This document shows positions 36,876 to 50,610 of a stretch of DNA of 64,000 nt, in pieces. Source of the DNA: Eledone cirrhosa (taxonomy: Eukaryota); contig OZ024742.1 of the NCBI GenBank assembly GCA_964016885.1, positions 134,602,001 through 134,666,000 on the forward strand. The letters run 5' to 3'. The notes under the pieces were generated by a model that had not been told where the DNA came from, made no database searches, and was given only the letters and a program-made list of their open reading frames with translations. The translations under genes and the position numbers were made by a program. The first letter of the stretch is position 1, and each line of letters opens with the position of its first letter.

Positions 36876-39800
36876 ATGACCTCACTCAGAATAGGCAGCA
36901 TAAATGCTCGTGGCTTGGGGTCGTCATGGAAGCAGGGCCACCTGCTCAACGACCTCAGGTCACTAAACATAGATGTAGTGGCCATCAGCGAGACCAGAAT
37001 CTCCGAAGCACGGGCCTTCGCACCGATCTTCGGCGGCTACGATGTGTACGCATCTCCCAGCCGTCCGGGATCGGGGGTGGAGTTGCTGTGCTTTTTCGGA
37101 GAGGTTTGGATCTTGCCATACGGGCCATCTTCCTGGACCCAGAAGGTAAGTTGGTGGTGCTGGACGAGACCGGCGGAGACGGGCAAGCTTTCGGGTTAGT
37201 GGCCGTCTATGCCCCGACAGGAGCAGGGCAGCCTGATTTCTCCGGCGTCTGGAGACCTTTCTTGGAACGTCCCGCTCTTTAGTGTTAGTGGGCGACTGGA
37301 ACGGGATCTTAGATGCACGCTGGGACTGTGTGGCATTAGTGGATAGGGGAGGAGGGTGCAAGAGCCTCACCAACCTGCTCAGGCGTTTTGAACTGTCTGA
37401 CAGGTACCGATTGGATTTCCCGAATGTACCAATGTGGACTTGGACATTTCGCATAGGGTCATCCAGATCATATCTAGATAGAGTATTTTGTAGGGAAATA
37501 GATAGGTCTAGCATAGGCTGTCCACAATTCAAGATAGTCAGCTACACGGACCACAAATTCGTGATCTGTGTGCTTGACTTAGATAGGCTTCATAGACTAG
37601 GACCCGGCTACTGGAAGCTAAACGCGTCCTTACCAGCGCGCAAGGCCTACAGAGACCGGATTAGCGAACTAGTTAAGCGGGCGTTGACGTGGGCCATCTT
37701 CAACAACAAGTGGTGGTTTGCTCTGAAAAGAGCAATTAGAATACAGTCCATTAGGTTTAGTAAGGCTTCAGCAATAGAGTAAAATAGAGCAGAGGGAGAA
37801 TTAGTTAGAATATTAGACGAGGCGCTTTGCAAAGGCATCGCGACCGACGTACTTGCGGCGAAATTGGCCCTTGTCCAATTCTTCAATGCAAAGCACGAAG
37901 GCTGCGTTGTCAGAGCTAGGGTGCGTGCTCTCTGACATGAGGCGAAGAAAGCCGTTCAATGGGCCCGAGTGGCGGAGGCGGATCGTGGCAAGAAAGCCAC
38001 GATCCGGTCTTTGGTGGACCACGACGGGCGCATGCTACTCGATCCCGGGGAAATGTGTGAAGCTTTTCAGCGACACTTCGCTCAACTGTTCGGGGGCAGC
38101 GGCCGGCCGGATCGAGGGGCGGGCTTTAGTGTCTCCCTCGACGGACTGCCGCGGCTCTCGGCCACTGAGGCGGAGTGTTGCGAAAAGCCGATAACAGCCG
38201 CTGACTTACGGGAGGTAATGACTGGCTGCACAAGGGGTAAATCGCCTGGTTTGGATGGTCTGCCCTATGAACTTTACGTACAAATGCCAGACTTATTCGG
38301 AGGCCTCTTGGCGGACGTCTACTGCAACTGGCAACAGAACGGGAGAATTCCCTGCTCTGTGAGACGAGGAGCGGTGGCGCTGCTGAGAAAGGATCCGAAC
38401 AAGGGGGATAACATAGATAATTTTAGGCCCATAACTCTGCTAAACACAGAGTTCAAAATTTTAGCCAAGGTCCTAGCAAAGAGGTTGGCGCTTGTCGTTG
38501 GTGGTCTGGTGGGAGAGACGCAGACATGCGCCATTTCCGACAGATCCATCCACGACAACCTCCACCTCATGCGATACATCGTAGAGAGGGTAGCTAGGGA
38601 ACCTGGCACGGGTGGGTCCTTGATCAATTTACATCAGTCGAAAGCTTTTGATAGCGTCGACCATCGTTACCTAGCGGCCTCCTGAGGGCGGCTGGTTTTG
38701 GGCCCGTCTTCAGAGACTGGATCGCTGCCATGCACAGCGACATCTGCTCCGTGGTGATAGTGAACGGTCACCTTTCGGAACCGTTCAACATCATGCGCTC
38801 GATCCGCTAAGGATGTCCCCTCTCGTCCCTCTTGTACGTATTGACTCTCGAGCCATTACTGCACAAACTGGAGACGTTGAGGGGCGTCCCGCGCTTACTA
38901 GGATGCGGAAAATCCGTGTCAGCATATGCGGACGATGTCACCGTAGTGGTGTCGAACGCCAAACACATCGGGGCGATCGGCACTACACTAAGAGAATACG
39001 AAGCGGTGACAGGGGCAATGATCAACCAGGAAAAGTAAGTGGGCCTGCAGCTCGGCACCTGGAGAGGCAGGTCCATGTCGTCCAACAGCGTCGTCGGGCG
39101 CTGGACGGACGGACCAGTTAAATTGCTAGGAGTCTGGTTCGGTCCGGACCTCCAGACGGACAAAAACTGGGACGAGGTGACAAGCAGGGTGGCTTCTCTC
39201 ACCCAGAAATGGGCCGAGAGGAAGCTATCTCTGAAAGGTCGAGCGGAGGTGGCTAACGCGTACATCGCGTCCGTCATCTACTACCGCCTGACCGTCGTAC
39301 CCTGGCCTGACTGCGCTGGAGCGTTTGCTCTTTCGCTTTTTGTGGAAGGGAGGCGCTCCGATGGTCAGGCGGTCCATCTGCTGTCAACACTCGCTACGTG
39401 GTGGGCTGGGCATGCCGTGGCTGATGATGCGCAGACACGCGCTCAGGCTACGACATCTCCACCTCTTCCTCGACGGTGATCAGGTGTGGTCGCCGTTTGC
39501 TAGACACGTCTTTCTCCAGCTCGTCTCCTTGACGGAGCTGCAGTCCTGAGTCAAGCGAAGACCAAGAGGGAGCGCTTGGAGACTGGAATGTCTTCAGGCG
39601 CTCACAGCCCTCGACCAATCGAGCAATGTGATCGGTGGAGACTCCACCTTGGCGTTCTATAGAGGATTAGTGGAGGGGAAGAGCGACGACGTAATTGGAG
39701 AAACTCTAGGTGTCGACGAAAATCAACTAGCCAATCTCTTCGGAAGGACTTTCGGGCCGGGGCCTATGGACAACTTCCAGAAATCCCTGGCCTGGCAGTG

Positions 39801-40281
39801 CTACCGGGGATCTTTGCCAGTTCGGGATAAACTCTACAGGCATGGAGGTGCCGTCAACCGGGCATGTCCGAGATGCGCGCAGGGCGACGAAACCGTCCTG
39901 CACGCACTCGTCCAGTGTCCGAGCATTGCTGACTTGTGGGTTTATGTCGAACACCTGCTGTCCTGTGTAGGACGGATCCGGCTATCAGCTGAGTCCATCG
40001 TGAGGATTGCCCCACCCTCTTCCTTTAGCCGGGAAGGGCAGGAAGTTTTTATCTGTCTGGTGTCCATGGCTAAAGAGATAGTATGGTGGACACGTTTGAA
40101 AGGGCTAAAGACGAGCACTTACCTCTTCGGTGATGCCCTAATTAACTTTTTCAAATTTCATTTGAAAAGGAAAATCAGGGTAGAGAGGGAAGTGCTCTCT
40201 TCCCAGCATTTTGTTGAAAGATTGGTGAGAGAATCAAGTATGGCCCGGGTGAATGGGCCTACTCTGAGTATGTGTCTGTAA
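36876..40281 (+). pseudogene. Tx1-like ORF2: AP endonuclease + reverse transcriptase, disrupted
   Basis: SINARGL, SETR, VGDWN, SYLDRVF, TDHK, GYWKLN, KSPGLDGLPYE, RPITLLNTEFKILAK, KAFD, R*GCPLS, AYADDV, CPRC..ETVLHALVQC. Confidence 0.93.
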
Positions 40282-40524
40282 ATTAAAGGTGGAAAACTGG
40301 GAGAGGGCACTTGCTTTGGTGGTCAGGGTCACTGTAGTCTTTTAATGGCTTTCTCCACAAATGTCCCTCGGAAGTCTCCCTCCTATTGGGGAATTTTTCT
40401 TTGTTATTTTATTACATCCTCTGTTTTTTTTTACACGCAGAAATGCCCATTTGTACCGTCCTGTATTGTCCTGTACTGTCCTTAATGTCTACTTTATGTA
40501 AACCCTTGTGGTTAATAAAGAAAA

Positions 40525-40563
<39 letters not shown>

Positions 40564-41118
40564 CAACATTATATTTGTAGCGAGTCGTCTGAATGAGGCT
40601 TGTGGACAATTTAGAAAAATTATCATTCACATGACAAAGGATTTAAGCAAACACAATCTATCTTTACTTGGATTTCAGTATCTTTAACCTATGACTGAGT
40701 AACATATATTTGTTCACAATTTAATAAATCTACGTAAGGTGATTCAAATACAGTTCATATATTATTCGATATCAAGTGTGTCAAAAGCTGCTCATATTAT
40801 TATATTCATTTTTATTCTTATGTAGAATATTATATCAGCATAGATATAAAATTAGGCTTAAAAGAAAATAGTGATTGTGTCACAGCATCTGTATTTTATT
40901 GCTTTACAAACCATATTGTAAGCTTGAAATGTTTTTAAATATAGAAATAATCGATTACAACACACATCCTGAGAATTCAATAATTTTACCAGTTTTAGAT
41001 CTCGCTGAAAAACGGTCACATAATATTAACTGAAAAAAACGTAATTAGTTAAATCAATGGATATGCATATAACTAGATTTCCCCATTGTAACTGTAACTG
41101 CTATAGTTGTAACTGCTT

Positions 41119-42168
41119 CCTGTTTGACCTGCGGCACCTGATGGTCAAGACATGGACCGTGCAGAGGATCGTCCTGGAGGCACTTTTTGCTGACGACTGT
41201 GCCCTCATGACCCTCAGGGCGTCTGACCTCCAACTCATCGTCAACAAATTCGCAGAGGCCTCCTGCCTCTTCAGTCTCACAATTAGCCTTGGCAAGACTG
41301 AGGTCCTGTTCCAGCCTGCACCCCCCTCCTTCTTCCATCTCCATCGGAGGCACCCAGCTAAAGACGGTGGACGACTTCAAGTAGCTTGGGCAGTGTCATC
41401 AGCAGCGATGGAAGCCTCGACAAGGAGATAAACACCAGAATCGGCAAGGCCAGTCAAGTCCTCAGCCGCCAGAGGACACGCGTCCTGAACCAGGACAACA
41501 TGAGGCAGTCCAGCAAGCTCAAGTTGTACAGGGCCATTGTTCTCACCAGCTCCCTCTACGGATGAGACATGGACCCTGTACAGAAGGCACCTGAAGCAGC
41601 TGGAATGGTTCCACATGCGCAACCTGCGGTCAATCATGAACCTCAAATGGCAGGACAAGGTCTCCAACATCGAAGATCTTGACATGGCTGAGACAACCAG
41701 TGTTGAAGCTATGATATTGAAGAGCCGACTTCGATGGGTGGGACATGTCATCCAGATAGACGATCACAGGCTTCCGAAGCAACTGATGTATGGGGATCTC
41801 TGTTCGGGGAAATGAAAGCGGAGCAGTCCTCTCAAGAGGTTCAAAGACTGCGTGAAGGCCAGTATCAACAACACTGGAATCGCGCCAAAACAACTCGAGT
41901 CTCATGCTCAGGACAGGACTGAGTGGCGAGTCCTTACCAGATGCTCCAAAGACTCTTTTGAAGAGAAGAGACGGGCAGATGTCACTGAGGCCCATGAAAG
42001 GAGGAGAAAGGCATCAACAACTGCCCAAGTGATTCCGGTCTCTTCCCCTGCCCCCACTGTCCCCGGACCTGTAAATCAAGGATCGGCCTCCACAGTCACC
42101 TTCGTGCCCATGGCAAACGGGAACTAAAGTAAATAAGATGTCATCATCGTTTACGATGGACAACCAAG
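41119..42168 (+). mobile_element. RTE-clade LINE, 5'-truncated
   Basis: LFADDCAL, LTISLGKTEV, ETWTLYRRHLKQLE, RLRWVGHV..DDHRLPKQLMYGDL, terminal C2H2-like segment, 3' hairpin catcgtttacgatg. Confidence 0.9.
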
Positions 42169-42899
42169 ATTATAATCAGTGTTTCATTATTAAATTAACT
42201 TACATTACACAATTTACTCACTGTGAAATGTAGGCATTCGTTAAATCATTTACAACAATTTCAAGGCAGTTAGTTAACGATTAGTCCGGGAATACTTATT
42301 TCACTCTAGTGCTTATTTCATCTATCTATATTTGATCAAACGCCAGATTACAGAACATAAATGATTATAACCTAAAATCAATTTAACCGCTCATACACAT
42401 TATTGACTGGTAGTTTGTTTTGAAGGAAGAAGGATTAGTTCGTATACACGGAGTTATGAAATCAGTATATAACTAATTCTCACTTCTCGACACAAGAGTG
42501 ATACTGTGAGTAATAAACGTCAAACATATTAATAAAAAGCATAGCCAGCCCTATAAAAGCCTCAAAATCATAAACAAAAATCTTAATTGAAATTTCGTAT
42601 AATGAAATATGAGAACTGATTTAAATGAAAAATGGAGAGGTAAATAATTAATGTATAGACAGGTGACTAAATAGTGCGGTGTTGGCTATGGAAATCAGCC
42701 TTCCAGTTATTTGAACTCGGAAGGGAATAAACGAAAGTGCCTTAAATAAGTACCGAAATTATCTCGTTTCCCATTTAATTTAATTGTCATATATTTGCAT
42801 TCAAATAATAACGTTACCAATGCTAATAATATATTACATATATTATTAATTTCACTATTATTCATACTACTTATTCTACTTTAAAGATCGAAACAGGTA

Positions 42900-44830
42900 G
42901 GATAATACAAAAACACGTCGGTAGGGTTTTACATATGTGCAAAAAAGATAACAGATAATAATAAAGATTAAAAGGATAATTGTAAATATACCCCAATAGG
43001 AATTAACAGAACCCAGGGTAAACTAGAAACTTCACTGATCCTAAAACCCCTTAATATTCAAAATCTCCAAGGACGAATCTACCTTTCCACTTAAAAATCT
43101 CTTGCCAACATCTGCTTGATGAGTGTAGGCCAATTCACTCGCGACAGTCTCACAACATTCACCCACCTTCCAACAAATGTACTGGGAGGCAACACTTCCT
43201 TCTTTACCCTGACATATATTTCCAAGTGTAACTTGAACAAATTGAGGAGAGATTAGCTGAAGAGAAAAGTGTATCCTTTACAAATCATTTGATTACAGTT
43301 AGCAGACAGAAGAAGACATCCCATCGTTTCCCACCAAAAGAAGGTAGTATGATTACCTCGATGGACTCGGTCGATAGTCGGATCCGTCCTACACGCATTG
43401 TATGTTCGAGAAACATCCACATGCCAGAAAATCTCAGAAACTGCACGAGTACAAGCTGAATTGTTTCGTCGATCTGCGCGCATCTCAAACAGGTCCACCT
43501 GACAGTAATTCGGAACCAATAGATTTTTCTCAAACCAACAACGCTTCAGGCTAGCGCTAATAATTCAGCGATTTCTGGACATTATCCATGTGCCCCAGCT
43601 CGAAATTTTCTGGAACAGACGTGTTAGTTATATTTCACCATCCTCCAGTACCTCTACGAGAACGTCTTCACAATTGCTCGGCATTATGCCTTTAACGCTG
43701 AAATGTAACGTTCTACTGACTGTGTTGCACGACTGGTATAAAGCCGTCAGCGCATGACAACATATCAGATGCCAAACCCTTAGTCTATGTTTTCGTTTGA
43801 CCCATGACTGCAGCCCATCAAAAGAAATGAGCTGTGGACAGACATGTCTGACAAACGTTTACCTCAACTGGGAATACCTGGAGATGCCATAGCTTCAGCG
43901 CATGTTTGTGCTTCATCAGCCATGCATGCTCAGACATTTGAATGGGGTGTTTTGAAAGCAGATGAAACGACTCACCAATGGAACATGTTCCTTCCATAAG
44001 AGTTTGAAGTGCAGGTTCTTCAATTTGGTGAGGTGTAAATGGAGGCAAGGCAGGAAGGCCAGGCGGTAATGGTAACAGATGCGATGAACGCCTTCGCCAC
44101 CTCCAGTCGACCATTCAGAGATGCCTTTCTCTTGGTCCATTTCTGAGTGTGAGTGGACACCGTGCTCGTTACCTTGTCTCAGTTATTATCCATCTGGATG
44201 TGTTGACCAAAAGAGACCTCCACCTTTATCACAGACCAGTTTCATCGTCTGTATCTTTTCACCTCCATGATTATGTTGCTTCCTCCTAGTAGGTGACAGA
44301 TCCATATCCACCAGATATCCAACACGGGTGGGATCTCTGATATCTAGAACCTTACCGACTTTTATTTTAAATAACATGTATAGAGAACATGCTCTTAGCT
44401 CCAACATTTACCACAGAGTGTTTAATTTCCAGATCTTCACTTTCAATGATCACTGAAAATACCGCTATTTGCCTAGTCCTCATAATATCCTGAATATCAT
44501 TATTACTACACTCTTTGCCATTTCATAGTCTGTTAGTTTTGTTGGCTCTGGCCGTGTCGTGTTTGTGGAGACGTATCTGTAGACGAATGCATTTTGGAGA
44601 ATTTCTGTCAAAACCACATTGGGCGGGGGTTAAAACTTGACCCATCTACGTTTATCAGATTGGAGGCTTGGGCCAGATATATGTCCTCTTCTATACTATA
44701 CATGACTAACAGTTCAGTTGCTGTAAATCTACTGATTTTGTTATTGTTGTACTTGCTGTTGTTATTGATGTTATTGTTATTGCTGATTTGAACGCTGTTG
44801 TCATTTGTGTTGTCGTTGTTGTCTGTGTTA
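42900..44830 (-). mobile_element. Degenerate, internally deleted Tx1-like element related to 34647-40525
   Basis: YHYRLAFLPC..FKLLWK..PLVSRFIC, HALKLWHL and RVGRIRLSTESI match the ORF2 C-terminus of the full-length copy. ORF1-like and CAA-rich sequence follows upstream; that upstream boundary is less certain. Confidence 0.75.
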
Positions 44831-45351
44831 TGGTTATTTCATATCCTGTAATATTGTGACTAAGATATAATTTAAGACATTATTTAATCGCTCAATCTTA
44901 TGAATGTTATGTTTCAAGAATGCTTTCAATTGACAAGGGCTGTTTACGCTGCCATGGGAAAATGAATGCATAATGTGTGGCTATAATGGAATCAGCAATT
45001 CTACTATTTCGACACATCCAAAAGTTTCCGGATCTAGGCATTTGTTATTAATTCGCGCATCTGAAACATTTCTGCCAACCAATATGGTGCAGATCGTGTC
45101 CTACAAGGTCCTACACGCCCACATAAATCTTAAATCGTATGATTTCGAATACCGCAGAACACTATCTGCTATCATAAATAGCAATGTCAAAATACCAGAG
45201 AACACATTAGCATAACCCCATGTTATAGTGTACAAGCTAATAATCGGCATCGTAATTCCTTACATCAGAGCCGTTGAACAGAATCATGGAGAAAGGCCTC
45301 GAGATTTTGTGGACGTAGCTGATTCATCCTTCTACCAGTTATGATACAGAT

Positions 45352-45443
45352 AATTGTTTCTCCTTTTGGCACAACGCCAGCAATTACCCATTGCATTACT
45401 GGTACTTTATTTTATCGACCCCGTAAGGATGAAAGGCAAAGTT
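45352..45443 (-). mobile_element. SINE family A, 5'-truncated
   Basis: Tail and core. Confidence 0.88.
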
Positions 45444-46929
45444 GTGGTACAGATGATAATAAGTAAAATCAATTCATAATACAACATTTGTGTATGTCAT
45501 TTATGAGTTTTCCTTAGAATTAAAGACGAGAAACAAAACGTATCGCATAATTTAGTTTTCATATATAACATGTTGTTACTGGTAACTGATACATAAAAAC
45601 AACTACAGCTGTAGTAGAACTAACAAAACAATAAGTAATTTAACACGACAAGAAAAAGAACTCTAATGCGGTTGTAAATGTAACAACTCGAAACAGAAGG
45701 CAAAGCTGCAAAACAAAGATCCACAAGAAATACACAAATTTTATTTATTTTAATGCCGCATTTCTTGATATAGAAGTTGATAACTAAAGCTATGTTATTA
45801 CAATGTAAGGAGCAGCGAATTCACTGACATTTATAAGTGAGGCCGACTATAAAATACTATGAGAAGATAATAATAGAAACACTAATGACTACCATTAGGA
45901 ATCGAAAGTGAAACTAAGGCTAGAATGCTAATATATAAAGTTAAAGCAGAAATCAAAAGTTAGAAAAAGTGCTGCATACTAAACTGGCAATTAAATCAAG
46001 ATTTGCTTTCTATTTATATTTCTTTTCATATTTATTTTAATTTCGAAAATGTTGATATTTAACATGTTATATTTTTGTGGTTTTCTAAAGTCATTTGATA
46101 AAATTATTTCAATTTACTTTTTTCCCTTATTTTGTCTCCATTAGCATTTAATCGGAAAGGAAAATGACACTTGTTCACAATATTTGCTCAATTTATAGAA
46201 TCACGAACGATTGCTACAAACACACCTCGTTGAATTTTTGACGAATGAACGATAAAGTAAATTTGATGTTAATGAGGCTCACCACCGATTGCTCTTGGCA
46301 TCAGAAGCAGCTTCTAAGTCTTTGTGATGACTCCACTTAAAATTAAATTAACTTAACCAGCTGATGTCCGTGCAGCCTACATGCAATACATGCTTTACAT
46401 CGCTCATGACTTAATGCGCATGAATTTCTTAATTGCACTACTTGATGTTGTCATTGCTACTGCTGATGTTGTGATTGCTGTTGTTATTTCTGAAATTGGC
46501 AGTGGATGAGATGGTCGTGGAAGTCAGAGTGATATTTCAGTCATGGTAGTAGCGGTTGTAACGTTAGACATATTAGGTTTATGATGTTGGTGTTGTAGGA
46601 GATGTCAGGAGGAATACTTCCATTCATGTCGTCTTTATTCTACTTCTCTTTCTGTTGACATTACTGATGAGAATTTTACAGTTAACGATGATAACGATAT
46701 TACAGATGATGATAATGATGGCGGCTATGATGATGATAGTGATAAGTAGGAGGGATATCAAGAAGCTGATGGTGAACGATGATTATTATGTTGTTGACTA
46801 TGAGGGGGAGGATAGCGGCAGTATTAATGACGATGATATATGTACTATGAACAATATAATACAAATGTTTTATTGGTAAACTAAGAAAATGTTAATTATA
46901 GGAATACAATTATGACACCTGTGTCACCT

Positions 46930-47236
<307 letters not shown>

Positions 47237-48021
47237 TTGCATTGCTTGCATATGTGTATGGTGATTGAAATGATAAATATTTTGATTGTTATTGTAGTAA
47301 TTTCAGTAGATAAGATTGCATATGATTTGTTACAGCGAGGAGAGCTAAGGTCAAATATGTTCATTGATATCAAGGAAGTATAGAAATAATAGGCTTCAAG
47401 CTTTTATAATCAAACATACATAAAGATGGTAACTTCCTTTCGGAATGAAATTATGTCAGATTTACTGAGACCTTAAAGTTTTCCCAGTAACACCGATAAT
47501 AAAGTATGTTTGCTGTTATATAGCACTATTGAATACAACATGAGAGATAACCAACAACAGATTTCAGTCAGCAGCCATATATTTGTGAACTATGAAATAC
47601 AGCTCTGACAGTCTACGAAACATTCGTACGGTGAAACACTACATAACTAGACTTGAAAATAAGATTAAATATTATTTAACTGCCTATATTTTGAAAGAAA
47701 GGTCTGATGTCCATATACATTTTTAGTAGTACGTTAAGCCACTCCGGTGTACAGTCTGTAATATAGATACTGCCGTTATATAATGTATTATGACTCTCCA
47801 GGTGAACATATATTCTTTTAAGTTATACTCATATGAGAAATGATAATCCAGTCTAATGTGAAATTAACATTCGACTTACCACATGAAATAAACTATTCTT
47901 TCTACTCTGTAATAACTGTTATCGCAAGGAAGGCTCGCGTACTTGAGAAAATAGAATTAACATTACAATATCTATTTTCAATAACAGTGCGATATGTAAT
48001 TCTGTTAGCATTAGATTAAAT

Positions 48022-48126
48022 AACTGTTTCTACTTTTGGCACAAGGCCAGCAATTACCCAGTAGATTACTGGTACTTTATTTTATCGACCCCATAAGGAT
48101 GAAAGGCAAAGTTAACCTCGGCGGGA
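48022..48126 (-). mobile_element. SINE family A, 5'-truncated, with target-site duplication
   Basis: Flanked by cattagattaaataac and cattagaataaataac. Confidence 0.9.
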
Positions 48127-48165
48127 AACATTAGAATAAATAACGTTGTAACATTATATTAAAAC

Positions 48166-48342
48166 GGGCGGTGGATTGGTAGTATCGATAGATGGTCGGA
48201 CGCCTTGCTTTGCAGCATAGAGTTATAACCCTTTATCTTCTGATTTCAGATCCCGCCGAGTTTAGTCTGCCTTTCATCCTTATGGGGTCGATAACATATA
48301 GCACCATTAATGCACAGCGATAATTGTTGGCCTTGTGCCAAA
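48166..48342 (+). mobile_element. SINE family A, diverged
   Basis: gggcggtggattgg start, core, partial tail. Confidence 0.85.
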
Positions 48343-48600
48343 TGATTCTAACAGAAATATGTTATTCAATGTTGTAACAACTTCCTCATACAATGCTGTT
48401 GTCCCTACCATGAACAATTAATTTACCACCATATTTTGCAATGTTGTTTTCACTAAAATATACAAGTGTGCTACGAGCGTCGTATACAATAATGTTGGTA
48501 TTACATTATACAATACTAATAACCATAAGTTATACAATTTTAAGCGATATTGGGCCTACTTTGTTTCCAATATATTATGCGATGATGTAAATACTTCATT

Positions 48601-48763
48601 GTGTACTGGCACTATCGGTAGAGAGTCAGACACAATGCTTTGCAGCAAGGAATTAATGCCCTTTATGTTTTGAGTTCAAATCCCACCGAGGTTAACTTTG
48701 CCTTTAATCCTTACTGATTACACTGGAATAATTGCTGGCCTTGTGCAAAAAGTAGAAACAATT
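48601..48763 (+). mobile_element. SINE family A with internal deletion
   Basis: Lacks the ggggtcgataaaataaagtacc segment. Confidence 0.85.
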
Positions 48764-48792
48764 ATATAATGAATATTAACATTACATTATAT

Positions 48793-48973
48793 AATTGTTT
48801 GTACTTTTGGCACAAGGCCAGCAAATACCCAGTACATAACTGGTACTTTTTTTTATCGACCCCGTAAGGATGAAAGTTGACCTCGGCGGGATTTGAACTC
48901 AGAATGGAAAGGGCCGTAACTCTATGCGTCAAAGCATGACGTCCGACCCTCTACCGATACTGCCAATCCACCG
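48793..48973 (-). mobile_element. SINE family A
   Basis: Near full-length reverse copy. Confidence 0.9.
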
Positions 48974-50256
48974 TTTTCCCACTAGAATATACAATGCCAT
49001 TTCATCTACAAAATCCCCTTGTTGTTTCAAAACCTATTGATGTTATTTTGAGGAGAATTATCTGTAGTGTTTCTTCAGGTCAAATCTCTATAAGCGGCTC
49101 GCTTTTGTTGATTAGATGTTGGTTAGCTTACATTGAGGAAGCGGGATTATTTAACTGGGAGCATCACATGTGTTATTCACAGATAATGTATCTAGCACTA
49201 AATTATTTTAAGTATCCTTCTTTGTATAACATAGAGTTAAGAGCATCGAAATAATTTTAAAACTGATGTGTGTTTTTTGGTTCGTGATCTGTGACCATAT
49301 TTTTCTTTGACATCCCAGAACCATCTCTTCGTTTTACGTTTCCCTCCCATCAAACTTGCCGATGCAACTATTCTAGTGCGGACAAGAAAATAAATGATGA
49401 TTGAATGAAACATCAACAGCAGTAACCAAAATAACAACAGTTCAGCGCTAGCAATAATGAAAACAATCTTAACACGAACAAGAAACAACATTTACAGCTA
49501 TAGCCAATTCAACAACTACAACAAGAAATCGTATCTTACATTCAAAACCAATCAATGAATTATGTTAAACAACACAGGTCAGTGCTACCACCTGCCAAAG
49601 CTAGACTTTGCAATGTTCTTTTTTCCTTTCTTTTTCTTGCCGTCTTTGTTAAATTTCAAGAGGATTCTTCAAATTGAAAGAAAATAAAAGCCGAAGAATT
49701 GAATTTCATTTGCAATCAACAGCGATAATGAGGGATGGTTTGGATGAAACTATGGTGGTGTGGATGTTGAGGAAAATGTAAGGGAGAGGTGGATAACATG
49801 TTAGAGTGTATGTGCATTAATTCCGAAAGCGTGATTAAGGCTTAGGTTATTTGGCTGAAGAAATATATGCGTCAAAATGAAAAATAAATGAGAAATTAGA
49901 GTTTAGATTTGCGTGTGGTAGATATGAACAAAACACCTTCAAGTAAAAGAAGTAGATAATTTGTTATATCAATGTGTTTAGGTTAGTGTGCATGGTATGG
50001 TATGGTCCGGTAATTCCTGCTGGGGGTCGTTGGAGCGCTGTAGTATCACAGGGTATGTCAAGCTTGGTAGACCCATCTCTACCCAGGTTTGAATACATCA
50101 CATCCTTTTTCAGAGAGAGATTAAAAGTGAGAGAGCGAAAGTGAGAAAGAAATATAGAGGAGGAATGGTTCAATTTCTGAACTGGTATTATTTATCGACA
50201 TCGGTGGACTGGTATTAATTTATCGACCTCGGTGGACTGGTATTATTTTATCGACC

Positions 50257-50441
50257 GCGGTGGATTGGCAGTATGGGTAGAGGGTCGGACGCCATGCTTC
50301 CAGCATAGTTACGTCCCTTTACGATCTGAGTTCAAATCCCGCCGAGGTTGACTTTGCCCTTCATCCTTACGGGGTCGATAAAATAAAGTACCAGTAATGC
50401 ACTGGTTAATTGCTGGCCTTGTGCCTAAAGTAGAAACAATT
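50257..50441 (+). mobile_element. SINE family A, full length, inserted in an older reverse SINE relic
   Basis: 15-bp duplication attattttatcgacc at 50242-50256 and 50439-50453. Confidence 0.9.
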
Positions 50442-50610
50442 ATTTTATCGACCTCAAAACGATGTAAGTGAAAGTTGACCTCAGATAGAAGAGAGCCAGA
50501 AAGAATGCCGCAAAGAATTCAATCTGATGTTCTAATGTGTCTGCCAATTTGGTACCTTGTTAAGCTACAGCTGACAGTTAAATTGTAACGAATTGTTTTT
50601 TATGTAAATA

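Larger units (their letters stand above)
34647..40525 (+). mobile_element. Full-length L1/Tx1-clade non-LTR retrotransposon, disabled
   Basis: 5' UTR, ORF1, ORF2 (APE-RT-zinc finger) and 3' UTR with AATAAA; (ATT)n at both ends. Confidence 0.92.
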
